A stretch of DNA of 64,000 nt from a virus. The position numbers and the translations under genes were made by a program. The notes under the pieces were generated by a model. It did no database searches. It was given only the letters and a program-made list of their open reading frames with translations, and was not told the origin of the DNA. The stretch lies in IMG/VR virus record IMGVR_UViG_3300022934_000003; one strand, 5' to 3'. Every line of letters starts with the position of its first letter. Position 1 is the stretch's first letter. Positions 26,816 through 35,714 of this stretch are shown one piece after another.

Positions 26816-28015
26816 ATGAGTGAGTTTACACATGCAAGTATAGTACCTTTAATTGGTGGTGAAACAATAGGATCTGCAAATGCTTTTGGATCTCCTCCAT
26901 TACATTTTATGTCATATGAAGCGTTTGCTAATAACGATCAGCATATTAGAAATTATTATAAAGATACGCCATATTACGTTTTAGATAAAGGTGATAAAAT
27001 ACCAGAGCAAAGAGCTGATGTAGTTTCATCGGTATGTCCTTGTGCTGGTTTATCAATGATGTCTCACGGTTATGGCGATGATAATCAAAATAATAAATGG
27101 ATGGTAGAAACAGCAACTACTATTCTTGGTGATTATAGACCAAAAGTATTCTGGGGAGAAAATGCTCCAGGATTTGCTGGTAAGATTGGAAAAAATATTC
27201 GTGAACAATTAAGAGGTATTGGTAAAGAGAATGGATACACAATGAGTGTATATCGTACTCGTTCTTTATTGCATGGTGTACCTCAGGTAAGAGAACGTTC
27301 TTTTTATTTCTTTTGGCAAGGTAATCAAGTTCCTATTTTTGATTATTATAAAAGAGATTATACACCAATTGAAACGCTTATTCGTAATGCAAAAGGTACT
27401 CAAAATAATCCTATTAATAAAAACACACCATCTGAAAATCCATATTACAAATATATTCTTGAAGAGATTGAAGGTGGTAAAACACATGCTCAACATTCCA
27501 ATTCAGTTCCTCCAACATCAGCAAGAGGTGTAGATGCTTTTTCTTATATTGAAAGAGCAGGTAAAGATTATAGCCAAGTTGGTAAATGGATGGGTGAAAA
27601 TGGATTTGAAAAAGAAGTAGAAAAATGTGAATACAAATATGATAAACTAAAAGCCGGTAAAAGTATTATGAGACGTGGAGTAATTATTCCTAAAGATCGT
27701 ATTGGTGCTTTTGTTGGTCATTATCCTACAATGCTTACACATCCAGATGAGGATAGATTTATTACATATCGAGAAGCTATGTCTATTATGGGATTGCCAG
27801 AAGATTTTGAATTAGTAGATGCTAGTAAAAAGAATGCTAATCATATTTGTCAAAACGTTCCTGTAAAAACTGCTCAAGATATGGCGCATGAAGTATTACA
27901 AACTTTAAAAGGTAAAAGAAAAATGGTTGACACGGAGTACGTTTTGCAGTATAATACTACTAATAAGCTTGAATTTGATGAGAGCTTAAGTACCCTAGAG
28001 GATTTTTTAGTATGA
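26816..28015 (+). CDS. DNA cytosine-5 methyltransferase-like protein with an atypical motif I
   Basis: CPCAG (motif IV), ENAPG (VI), VPQVRER (VIII), RFITYREA..MGLP.DF (IX), QNVP (X). Confidence 0.8.
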   Translation: MSEFTHASIVPLIGGETIGSANAFGSPPLHFMSYEAFANNDQHIRNYYKDTPYYVLDKGDKIPEQRADVVSSVCPCAGLSMMSHGYGDDNQNNKWMVETATTILGDYRPKVFWGENAPGFAGKIGKNIREQLRGIGKENGYTMSVYRTRSLLHGVPQVRERSFYFFWQGNQVPIFDYYKRDYTPIETLIRNAKGTQNNPINKNTPSENPYYKYILEEIEGGKTHAQHSNSVPPTSARGVDAFSYIERAGKDYSQVGKWMGENGFEKEVEKCEYKYDKLKAGKSIMRRGVIIPKDRIGAFVGHYPTMLTHPDEDRFITYREAMSIMGLPEDFELVDASKKNANHICQNVPVKTAQDMAHEVLQTLKGKRKMVDTEYVLQYNTTNKLEFDESLSTLEDFLV

Positions 28016-28641
28016 GAACAGACTTTATTTTAGACTTTGAAACTATTGGACAAGTTGCATCGGAGGTTCCAGCAATTGAATGTTCATATACAACATTTGT
28101 ATGGGATCGTTTTTTAGAAGATCCATATACATTTGAAGAGCTTGTTTCAAAAATAAAAAAAGATAAACTTTCTATTTCGGATCAAATGAAAAATTATGAT
28201 TTTAAATATAAAGAGGATGATCTTAAATGGTGGATGAATCAATCACCTGAAGTAAGAAAGTTGCTTAAACCAAAAGATAGTGATCTTACAGTACCTCAAT
28301 TTATTGAACGTATGATAGAATATTTGAGAACATCTGATAAGATTGAATATTGGTGGGCTAGAGCAAATGGTTTTGATCCAGTTATATTAGATCATTTGTC
28401 TCGTTCTGCTAATAAAGATTTATTACTCAATGAGTATATTCCTTATTGGAGAGTAAGAGACACTCGCACATTTATTGATGCGAAGTTTAATTTTACAACA
28501 AGAAACGGTTTTGTACCAATTGCAGATGAAGAGCATTGGAATAAAATTTTTAATGCACATGATAGTACTCATGATGTGGCGGCTGATGTTCTACGATTAC
28601 AAGCTATTCATAGAGCAGAAAATGATTTAGAACAAGTATAA
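28012..28641 (+). CDS. dexA: exonuclease A (DexA-like DEDDh 3'-5' exonuclease)
   Basis: LDFET, WARANGFD, RDTRT, HDSTHDVAAD. Confidence 0.8.
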   Translation: MRTDFILDFETIGQVASEVPAIECSYTTFVWDRFLEDPYTFEELVSKIKKDKLSISDQMKNYDFKYKEDDLKWWMNQSPEVRKLLKPKDSDLTVPQFIERMIEYLRTSDKIEYWWARANGFDPVILDHLSRSANKDLLLNEYIPYWRVRDTRTFIDAKFNFTTRNGFVPIADEEHWNKIFNAHDSTHDVAADVLRLQAIHRAENDLEQV

Positions 28642-28653
28642 GGTAGCGTAAAT

Positions 28654-29532
28654 ATGGAAATAAAAGTAACAATCGAAGAACTTAGAAAGCATAAAGTATT
28701 TGTGGGAACACCAATGTATGGTGCTCAATGCGCTGGTACTTATACTAAATCAAGTACTGACTTAGCAATGATAGCAGCTGCAAATGGTTTAAATTTCAGA
28801 TTCTATTATCTATTTAATGAGAGTTTAATTCAAAGAGCTCGTAATTATATTGTAGATGAGTTTATGAGATCTGATTGTACTCATTTATTGTTCATTGATT
28901 CTGATATTGGTTTTAATGCAAGAGATGTTTTATCTTTATTGGCTGTTCAAACATCAGATCCAGAAAAATATAATATTGTTACTGGACCATATCCAAAGAA
29001 AACTATTGCATGGGAAAAGGTATACAAAGCAGCACAAGCAGGTAGAGCAGATGAAAATCCATTTGAATTAGAAAACTACGCTGCTGATTTTGTATTTAAT
29101 CCAGTAAAGAAAGTTAATCAGTTTAATTTATCTGAACCAATTGAAATTGGTGAAGGTGGTACAGGATTTATGTTAATTCCTCGTGAAACTTTTGAAAAGT
29201 TTGGTAAGGCATATCCTGAATTACAATATAAACCAGATCATGTTAGAACACAACAGTTTGATGGTTCTCATGATATTATGGCTTATTTCGATTGTATAAT
29301 CGATCCAGTGTCTAAGCGCTATTTGTCTGAAGATTATTTCTTCTGTCATAAAGCACGTGAAGCTGGAATGCATGTTTATATGTGTCCTTGGATGCAATTA
29401 CAACATATAGGATCTTATATTTTCAAAGGAAATATGGCTGCTATTGGAAGTCTTGGTGTTTCTGCAACAGCAGATTCTTCTGGTAGTCGTAAAACTTATG
29501 AAAAGAAAAAGAAAAAGAAACGTAAAAAATAG
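28654..29532 (+). CDS. GT-A fold glycosyltransferase-like protein
   Basis: GTPMYG, ESLIQRARN, LFIDSDI (DxD), TGFMLI.R, SEDYFFC. Confidence 0.7.
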   Translation: MEIKVTIEELRKHKVFVGTPMYGAQCAGTYTKSSTDLAMIAAANGLNFRFYYLFNESLIQRARNYIVDEFMRSDCTHLLFIDSDIGFNARDVLSLLAVQTSDPEKYNIVTGPYPKKTIAWEKVYKAAQAGRADENPFELENYAADFVFNPVKKVNQFNLSEPIEIGEGGTGFMLIPRETFEKFGKAYPELQYKPDHVRTQQFDGSHDIMAYFDCIIDPVSKRYLSEDYFFCHKAREAGMHVYMCPWMQLQHIGSYIFKGNMAAIGSLGVSATADSSGSRKTYEKKKKKKRKK

Positions 29533-29599
29533 TTGACAACAGTTGACTATTGTGATATAATTATAAAAATAATCGTGAATCATAGGAGCAAACTATATT

Positions 29600-30265
29600 A
29601 TGAAATTTTCTGAACAAACTCTTACTATTTTAAAGAGCTTTGCATCGATTAATAAATCGATTCTAATGAAACCTGGTAATACACTTAAAACTGTAACACC
29701 GGAAAAAACTTTGATCGCAACTGCAGATATTCCGGATACAATCCCATCTGAAGCTTGCGTATATGATTTATCAAGATTTTTATCAATTCTTGGTCTTTAT
29801 TCTGACCCAGATGTGGAATTTCATGATAAATACTTTATGATTAAAGATGGTAAGCGTAAAACAAGATATGCTTTCGCTGACATCTCTATGATTCATGCAG
29901 CGCCAGAGAAGACAATTCAATTGCCTTCTAATGACGTTGAGGTTGATGTATCATGGGACGACTTACAGTCTGTTATTAAGGCTGCTGGTGTTCTACAATT
30001 TTCTGAGATTGCTTTCGTTGGTGAAGCAGGTAAAGTTTACCTAAAAGCCGTTGATAGTACATCTGAAAATTCTGATGATTATGGAATTGAAATTGGTGAT
30101 ACGTCTGATGAATTTAAGATTATTATTAAAAGTGATAATCTTAAGCTTTTACCTCAGGATTACAAAGTTACTCTTTGCGCGAAGGGTATCTCTGAGTTTA
30201 AAGGCAAGGGTGCTACATATTTTGTAGCAATTGATACTAAGTCGACTTATAAGGAAGGAAATTAA
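29600..30265 (+). CDS. gp45: DNA polymerase sliding clamp
   Basis: MKFSEQTL.ILK.FASIN.SI, YDL..FL, NLKLLP.DY.V. Confidence 0.9.
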   Translation: MKFSEQTLTILKSFASINKSILMKPGNTLKTVTPEKTLIATADIPDTIPSEACVYDLSRFLSILGLYSDPDVEFHDKYFMIKDGKRKTRYAFADISMIHAAPEKTIQLPSNDVEVDVSWDDLQSVIKAAGVLQFSEIAFVGEAGKVYLKAVDSTSENSDDYGIEIGDTSDEFKIIIKSDNLKLLPQDYKVTLCAKGISEFKGKGATYFVAIDTKSTYKEGN

Positions 30266-30266
30266 A

Positions 30267-30539
30267 ATGAGTGAAGAAAACGCACAAGCACAAGAACAAC
30301 AGCCGGTACAGGTTTCTTTGCAAGACATTGCAACTGTAGTACAGATGATTGATGTAACATCACGTCGTGGTGCATTTGAAGGTAATGAATTGCAAGGTAT
30401 TGGTATGCTACGTAATAAGCTAGAAGCTTTTTTACGTCAAAACGCTCCTAAAGGTGAAGTACCTGAAGGCGAAATGCCAAACCCAGAAATGCCAGCGGAT
30501 GTTCCAGCAGACGCTCCATTAGCTGATAAAGTTAGCTAA
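30267..30539 (+). CDS. hypothetical phage protein
   Basis: Start MSEEN at 30267; IDV.SRRGAF.G.E motif. Confidence 0.7.
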   Translation: MSEENAQAQEQQPVQVSLQDIATVVQMIDVTSRRGAFEGNELQGIGMLRNKLEAFLRQNAPKGEVPEGEMPNPEMPADVPADAPLADKVS

Positions 30540-30547
30540 TAAAACTT

Positions 30548-30572
30548 GAGGGAGGCAACTCCCTCTTTTTTT
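30548..30572 (+). terminator. rho-independent terminator
   Basis: GAGGGAG-GCAA-CTCCCTC-T7. Confidence 0.9.
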
Positions 30573-30598
30573 CTTTTATATTATGATAAGGTGAATGA

Positions 30599-31552
30599 AT
30601 GGCTATTGACGCTAAAGAAAACGAAATTCTATTTGTAGAAAAATATCGTCCACAAAAGATTGACGATACAATTCTTCCAGAAAAAACAAAGAAAGCTTTT
30701 AAAAAATTTGTACAAGATGGAAGTATTCCAAACCTATTACTAACTGGTGGACCAGGTGTAGGTAAAACCACAATCGCTAAAGCAATGCTTGAAGAATTAG
30801 GTTGTGATTATATTGTAAAAAATGGTTCACTAAATGTAAATATTGATACACTGAGATATGATATATCAACATATGCATCAGCAGTTTCTTTAACTGGTGG
30901 TCGTAAATATGTAATTTTTGATGAAGCAGATTATCTAAATGCTGCATCAGTTCAACCTGCCCTTCGTAATTTTATTGAAGAGTATTCATCTAATTGCGGT
31001 TTTATTTTTACTTGTAACTTTAAAAATCGTATTATTCAACCATTAAGATCTCGTTTATCTGAAATTGACTTCACGATCGAAACAAAAGATCGTCCTAAAT
31101 TGGCAATGGACTTCTTTAAACGTGTTAATAATATTCTCGATAATGAAAATATTGAATACGATCAAAAAGTAGTTGCAAAAGTAATTGAAAAGCATTTCCC
31201 AGATTTTCGCCGAGTATTAACTGAGCTTCAATCATATGCTGCTTCAGGTAAAATCGATGAAGGCATCTTTGTTAATCTTAAACAAGACTCTATGGATGCA
31301 TTGTTTAAGTTATTAAAAGAAAAGAATTTTACTGAAATGCGTAAATGGGTTGCAAAAAACTCTGACCAAGATATGAATGAAATGTTTAGACGTATCTATG
31401 ATATGGCAACAGATAAAGTTGAAATGAGATCTATGCCTGGCTTTGTTGTAACACTCGCTGATTATATGTACAAATCTAATTTTGTTGCCGATCAAGAAGT
31501 AAACATGGTAGCATTTTTAACAGAAGTAATGTTAGAAGCTGAATATAAGTAA
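30599..31552 (+). CDS. gp44: clamp loader ATPase subunit
   Basis: EKYRP, GGPGVGKT, DEAD, LRSR, FPDFRR. Confidence 0.95.
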   Translation: MAIDAKENEILFVEKYRPQKIDDTILPEKTKKAFKKFVQDGSIPNLLLTGGPGVGKTTIAKAMLEELGCDYIVKNGSLNVNIDTLRYDISTYASAVSLTGGRKYVIFDEADYLNAASVQPALRNFIEEYSSNCGFIFTCNFKNRIIQPLRSRLSEIDFTIETKDRPKLAMDFFKRVNNILDNENIEYDQKVVAKVIEKHFPDFRRVLTELQSYAASGKIDEGIFVNLKQDSMDALFKLLKEKNFTEMRKWVAKNSDQDMNEMFRRIYDMATDKVEMRSMPGFVVTLADYMYKSNFVADQEVNMVAFLTEVMLEAEYK

Positions 31553-31731
31553 TGGGATTATTTAGTAAAAACAAAGCAAGTTGTTTTAATTGTGGTTCTA
31601 AGTTGAAAAAAAATAAAACATACACAGTTAAAATTAACACCATCGAAGGTTTAATGAATGTTAAAGCTTGTGAAAAATGCGGTTTAGAACTAGATGAAAT
31701 AGTTAAAGAATTTGAGCAGGTAATGAAATGA
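31552..31731 (+). CDS. small zinc-ribbon protein (59 aa, not in the track)
   Basis: MGLFSKNKASCFNC...ACEKC; overlaps the gp44 stop and the gp62 start. Confidence 0.6.
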   Translation: MGLFSKNKASCFNCGSKLKKNKTYTVKINTIEGLMNVKACEKCGLELDEIVKEFEQVMK

Positions 31732-32126
31732 GTAAAGATTATAGCCCGTTTGATTTTATGAATGCTGTATCTTTTACTAAAGAAGATCTTATTGGTAATT
31801 CTGATTTACCAGAAATGGTAGAAAAACAATATACACCTTATATGGTTAATCGTGGATTTACTAATTTTGAAGATACGATTTTACATGCAAACGAAATGAA
31901 TATGAGACATTATCTTTTTCATGATGCTCAATTTCAATATTATCGTGCAGCATTACGTAAAAGAAAACGTTTTAGTAAATGGCCAAAAGCAGATAAAAGT
32001 ATTGATTTAGATGCAATACAAGAAGTCTATCAATGTAATAGAACTGTTGCTAAACTATATTATAAAGCATTATCTGAAAAGGATATGAAATATGTACATG
32101 ATAAGCTCGTTACTGGCGGCGCATGA
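31728..32126 (+). CDS. gp62: clamp loader small subunit
   Basis: SPFDFMN, Y.PYMVNR, ANEMN, RKRKRFSKW. Confidence 0.9.
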   Translation: MSKDYSPFDFMNAVSFTKEDLIGNSDLPEMVEKQYTPYMVNRGFTNFEDTILHANEMNMRHYLFHDAQFQYYRAALRKRKRFSKWPKADKSIDLDAIQEVYQCNRTVAKLYYKALSEKDMKYVHDKLVTGGA

Positions 32127-32206
32127 GATTATTGTTTTAATAAATAATGTAAACGGTACATTCGAACCGATTGATTTTAACAATAATTATAAGGTGCTAA
32201 CTTATT

Positions 32207-32611
32207 ATGCAAACGGAAGATATTTTTAAGGGAGTTGGTGTGGAAATTACATTACCTACTCCAGACAGTTTCTTAAAAATTAAAGAAACTTTAACCAGAA
32301 TTGGTATTTCTTCTCGCAAAGAAAAAACTCTCTATCAAACATGCCACATCCTTCATAAACAAGGAAGATATTCTATTCTACATTTTAAAGAATTATTCAT
32401 TTTAGATGGCAAGTTAGATACATTTTCAGAAGAAGATAGAGCAAGAAGAAATACAATAGTGAACTTACTTGAAGAATGGGATTTACTTAAAGTTGTTGAT
32501 AAAGAAGAAGCAGAAGCAGTTGTTACTCCATTAAATCAAATTAAAATACTATCCCATAAAGAGAAAGGTGATTGGAATTTAGAAGCCAAATATAATATAG
32601 GAAAAAAATAG
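32207..32611 (+). CDS. regA: translational repressor RegA
   Basis: FLKIKETLTRIGI.SRK, CHILHKQGRY.I.HFKELF, KYNIG. Confidence 0.95.
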   Translation: MQTEDIFKGVGVEITLPTPDSFLKIKETLTRIGISSRKEKTLYQTCHILHKQGRYSILHFKELFILDGKLDTFSEEDRARRNTIVNLLEEWDLLKVVDKEEAEAVVTPLNQIKILSHKEKGDWNLEAKYNIGKK

Positions 32612-32614
32612 ATC

Positions 32615-33127
32615 ATGAAAATTTATAAAGTGAATAAGGAAGCAACTCTTCCTGAATACGCAACCGACGGTTCCGCGTGTTTCGATGTTAAAGCATGTGT
32701 CAAAAAAGGTCAAAGACTTAAATCATATAATAACTGGAATAAAGAGATGGCGATTGTTGTCAAAGGTGTTGGCAATTCTCAAGATGCATTTCAACTTCCA
32801 CCAGATTGTAGATGTTTAATCCCAACAGGTTTAATTTTTGATATTCCAAAAGGCCACGTAATGAAAATGTATATTCGTTCTGGTACTGCTCTAAAGAAAG
32901 GATTACAACTATCAAATGGTACTGGTATTATTGATTCTGATTATGTAGAAGAAACATACATTATGGTTACTAATGTAACTGATTCTTTAGTTACTATTGA
33001 AAATGGTGAAAGACTTGCACAATGTTTAATAGAAAAAACGTTACAAGAAGAAATTAAAGAAACTAAAACAGCTCCAAAACAAAAGACTAATAGAGATGGT
33101 GGTTTTGGAAGTACTGGAAAAAAATAG
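32615..33127 (+). CDS. dut: dUTPase (trimeric)
   Basis: SACFD, RSG, GIIDSDY, ERLAQ, RDGGFGSTG. Confidence 0.95.
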   Translation: MKIYKVNKEATLPEYATDGSACFDVKACVKKGQRLKSYNNWNKEMAIVVKGVGNSQDAFQLPPDCRCLIPTGLIFDIPKGHVMKMYIRSGTALKKGLQLSNGTGIIDSDYVEETYIMVTNVTDSLVTIENGERLAQCLIEKTLQEEIKETKTAPKQKTNRDGGFGSTGKK

Positions 33128-33174
33128 TTGACAAAAGTTTAATACTGTGTTATAATAGTATTATAAATAGGATT

Positions 33175-33257
33175 ATAGGAATGCCAATTGGGTTCCTGTA
33201 TTAGACGCCGAGCCTTAGGCTGGCAATTTTAAACTCGCTTAATAAAAGGAGAAAAAT
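33175..33257 (+). promoter_or_regulatory. ROSE-like RNA thermometer in the hsp20 5' UTR
   Basis: Two upstream hairpins, then CUC(G)CUU able to pair with the AAGGAG SD with a bulged G. Confidence 0.6.
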
Positions 33258-33731
33258 ATGACACGTTCAATTACGCAAACGATGCTTAACGACCCATTCT
33301 TTATCGGCTTCGACCGAGTTGTAGATAGAATGCTTTCGGCCACACCTGGCCAATCAAACTACCCTCCATATAACATTGTCAAACTCAATGACGAAGAATA
33401 TCAGATTCAAGTTGCTGTTGCAGGCTTTAATCGCGATGAAATCGATATTGAAGTTAAAGATGGTGTTCTTACAATTACTGGAGAAAAAGAAAGCGAAGAT
33501 GAGACTAATTTCCTATATAAAGGAATTTCTGCACGTCAGTTCCGTCGTCGTTTTACTCTAAATGATACAGTTGAAGTTCAAACAGCTGATCTTAGTGATG
33601 GTATTCTAACAATTGATTTAGTTAATATCATTCCAGATGCGAGAAAACCTCGTAAAATTGCGATTGGTTTAAACTCAAATGTATTAGAAGGAGAGAAAGC
33701 AGAAGCCGAACTTCTTACTGAGGAGAAATAA
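33258..33731 (+). CDS. hsp20: small heat shock protein (Hsp20, IbpA-like)
   Basis: FIGFD, NYPPYNI, AVAGF, YKGISAR.F.R.F.L, DGIL.I.L. Confidence 0.95.
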   Translation: MTRSITQTMLNDPFFIGFDRVVDRMLSATPGQSNYPPYNIVKLNDEEYQIQVAVAGFNRDEIDIEVKDGVLTITGEKESEDETNFLYKGISARQFRRRFTLNDTVEVQTADLSDGILTIDLVNIIPDARKPRKIAIGLNSNVLEGEKAEAELLTEEK

Positions 33732-33747
33732 AACACCACGTGTTTTG

Positions 33748-33771
33748 AAGGAGCCTTCGGGCTCCTTTTTT
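33748..33771 (+). terminator. rho-independent terminator
   Basis: AAGGAGCC-TTCG-GGCTCC-T6. Confidence 0.9.
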
Positions 33772-35527
33772 ATGATACGAAGCCAAATCCAGTACCAAAT
33801 CCACCACCATTACCGCCATTACCGCCATTATTAACATTTGCAAAAGTACTAGTTCTGTTTCCTTCATTAACAGTTACAGGTGCTCCACTTACATTATTAA
33901 TAATTGGCATGTTTATAGCAGTATTATTACCACCAGCACTTGATAGCATTTTTATTGCTTCATTGAAGCTACTGTTATTATTACTTTGTAAATCTAATAT
34001 TTGATTATCATAATCAAATTTATTCATTCCTGGCTGTGTTTTATTACCTGGAATAATTTTTTGTATCGATCCATCAGAATTGAATTTTTGTTCTAGAAGT
34101 TCTGTATAAACTCTTCTTAAAAAGTCTTTTTGGCGCTTAGGTAATATAGCAAAGTCTTCATCATTAATTTTAATATCTTGAAATTCTTTTAAGAGCTGAT
34201 TTGTTAATTGTACTGCTTGTGCTTGTACCATAGGATCTGCATTTGCTTTTAACTCTTTTAATTTATTAATAAGTGCATCTGCTTTCTCTTGATCTAAACC
34301 ACCTTCTACACCAAGTTTATCTCTAATTAAAGTATTAATTTCATTTCGTAAACTTGCCATTACTGGAGCATAATCTTGATCAGCAATGATTTTATCTTTT
34401 GCTGTTTGTATAGCAGCTTCTACTTTTAATTGTGATTTCTCATCACCGTCAATTGCTTTATTAATATCATCTTGATTAATTAAATCTAGATTCATAGCTT
34501 GTTTTGTAGCATACTGAGTATTGATAGTTTTAGATACATCAGATTCCGACTTTTCTGGATCTAAACCCATAGCTTTTAAATCCGCAGTCATTTTTTCTCT
34601 TGCAGCTTTCATTGCTGCTCTTCTATCTTCCAAATATTTGTATAAAGAATAACCAATACCTACAGCAAAACCTGCTATCGCTCCAACTAACATACCTCCG
34701 GGCCCAAACATTGCGCCTAACGCCATTCCTGAAATAGCACTATTTGCTAAATTTACAGTTGTATTAGCCCAGTCTTGATCCACTCCCAAATTTGTTAGCC
34801 AAGATTTCATATCATCGGCATACATGTATGCAAGACCCGCAACCATTAAAGCTGCACTTCTCGTTATTCCCATTCTTAAGGTACCACCAGTAGACAATTT
34901 AGTTCCTAGTACTCCTTGAACTATACCTTTAACACCAGCAGTAATAGCAGCACTTCCAAGTATAAAGCTCATAACTCCATCTAAACCTAAAGCAGCGAAA
35001 TCATTTAATACAGCACCAACTTTATCAACGGCTGTTCCAATAATTCCAAATCTTTCTTTTAATTTTGCTACTGGAATACCAAGTTCGTCTTCAAAAAACT
35101 TACTTGCACCACCATAAGCATCGAAAAAACCTTTAGCAACTAAGAATCCAGTTACACCTACTGCACTTATTCCTGCAAATTTTAATGCATCAGATACAAT
35201 TCCTTTTACTGTAACTTTTTCTTGCTCTTTCTCTTTTTCTACCGTGTTTGAATCTTCTGCCATTTGATTAGTTGCAGCAGCGCTATTTAATTCTGCTAAT
35301 TGTTCAGAAGTTCTTTGCGCTTCAAGCTGATCGGACATAATCCCAGCTTGATTTCTTAATATATTTGTCGAAGCTCTTATATTATATTCAATAGATTTAA
35401 ATAATGGCGCAAATTTTTCTAACTCAATTTTTACATTACGAATTGAATTTGTTCCTGAATTTCGTATAAGATCGCCTTCAGCTCGAAGTCTGTCGATTAT
35501 AGCCTGTGTGTTTTCAGAAATAGCCAT
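33770..35527 (-). CDS. probable tape measure / baseplate hub protein (gp29-like)
   Basis: Helical, Ala/Gly-rich, with hydrophobic glycine-zipper segments; follows gp26-gp51. Confidence 0.55.
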   Translation of the reverse strand: MAISENTQAIIDRLRAEGDLIRNSGTNSIRNVKIELEKFAPLFKSIEYNIRASTNILRNQAGIMSDQLEAQRTSEQLAELNSAAATNQMAEDSNTVEKEKEQEKVTVKGIVSDALKFAGISAVGVTGFLVAKGFFDAYGGASKFFEDELGIPVAKLKERFGIIGTAVDKVGAVLNDFAALGLDGVMSFILGSAAITAGVKGIVQGVLGTKLSTGGTLRMGITRSAALMVAGLAYMYADDMKSWLTNLGVDQDWANTTVNLANSAISGMALGAMFGPGGMLVGAIAGFAVGIGYSLYKYLEDRRAAMKAAREKMTADLKAMGLDPEKSESDVSKTINTQYATKQAMNLDLINQDDINKAIDGDEKSQLKVEAAIQTAKDKIIADQDYAPVMASLRNEINTLIRDKLGVEGGLDQEKADALINKLKELKANADPMVQAQAVQLTNQLLKEFQDIKINDEDFAILPKRQKDFLRRVYTELLEQKFNSDGSIQKIIPGNKTQPGMNKFDYDNQILDLQSNNNSSFNEAIKMLSSAGGNNTAINMPIINNVSGAPVTVNEGNRTSTFANVNNGGNGGNGGGFGTGFGFVS

Positions 35528-35540
35528 TTAATTTTAACCT

Positions 35541-35714
35541 TTATTTTGATTTATTTTGTTCGTTCTGTTCTTTTATATATTCAATTAACATAGTAAAGTA
35601 AATATCTCTCTCATAAGGTAACATATTTTCTATATCACTTATAGAATATTTATGATGCTGAGCCAAAGCGAATACAATTTTATAATACTCACTAAGACTT
35701 GTATGACTCAGCAC
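35541..35714 (-). CDS. gp51: baseplate hub assembly protein (gp51-like; not in the track)
   Basis: YYKIVFALAQHHKYSISDIENMLPYERDIY; GTG overlaps the gp26 stop in the -1 frame. Confidence 0.8.
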   Translation of the reverse strand: MLSHTSLSEYYKIVFALAQHHKYSISDIENMLPYERDIYFTMLIEYIKEQNEQNKSK

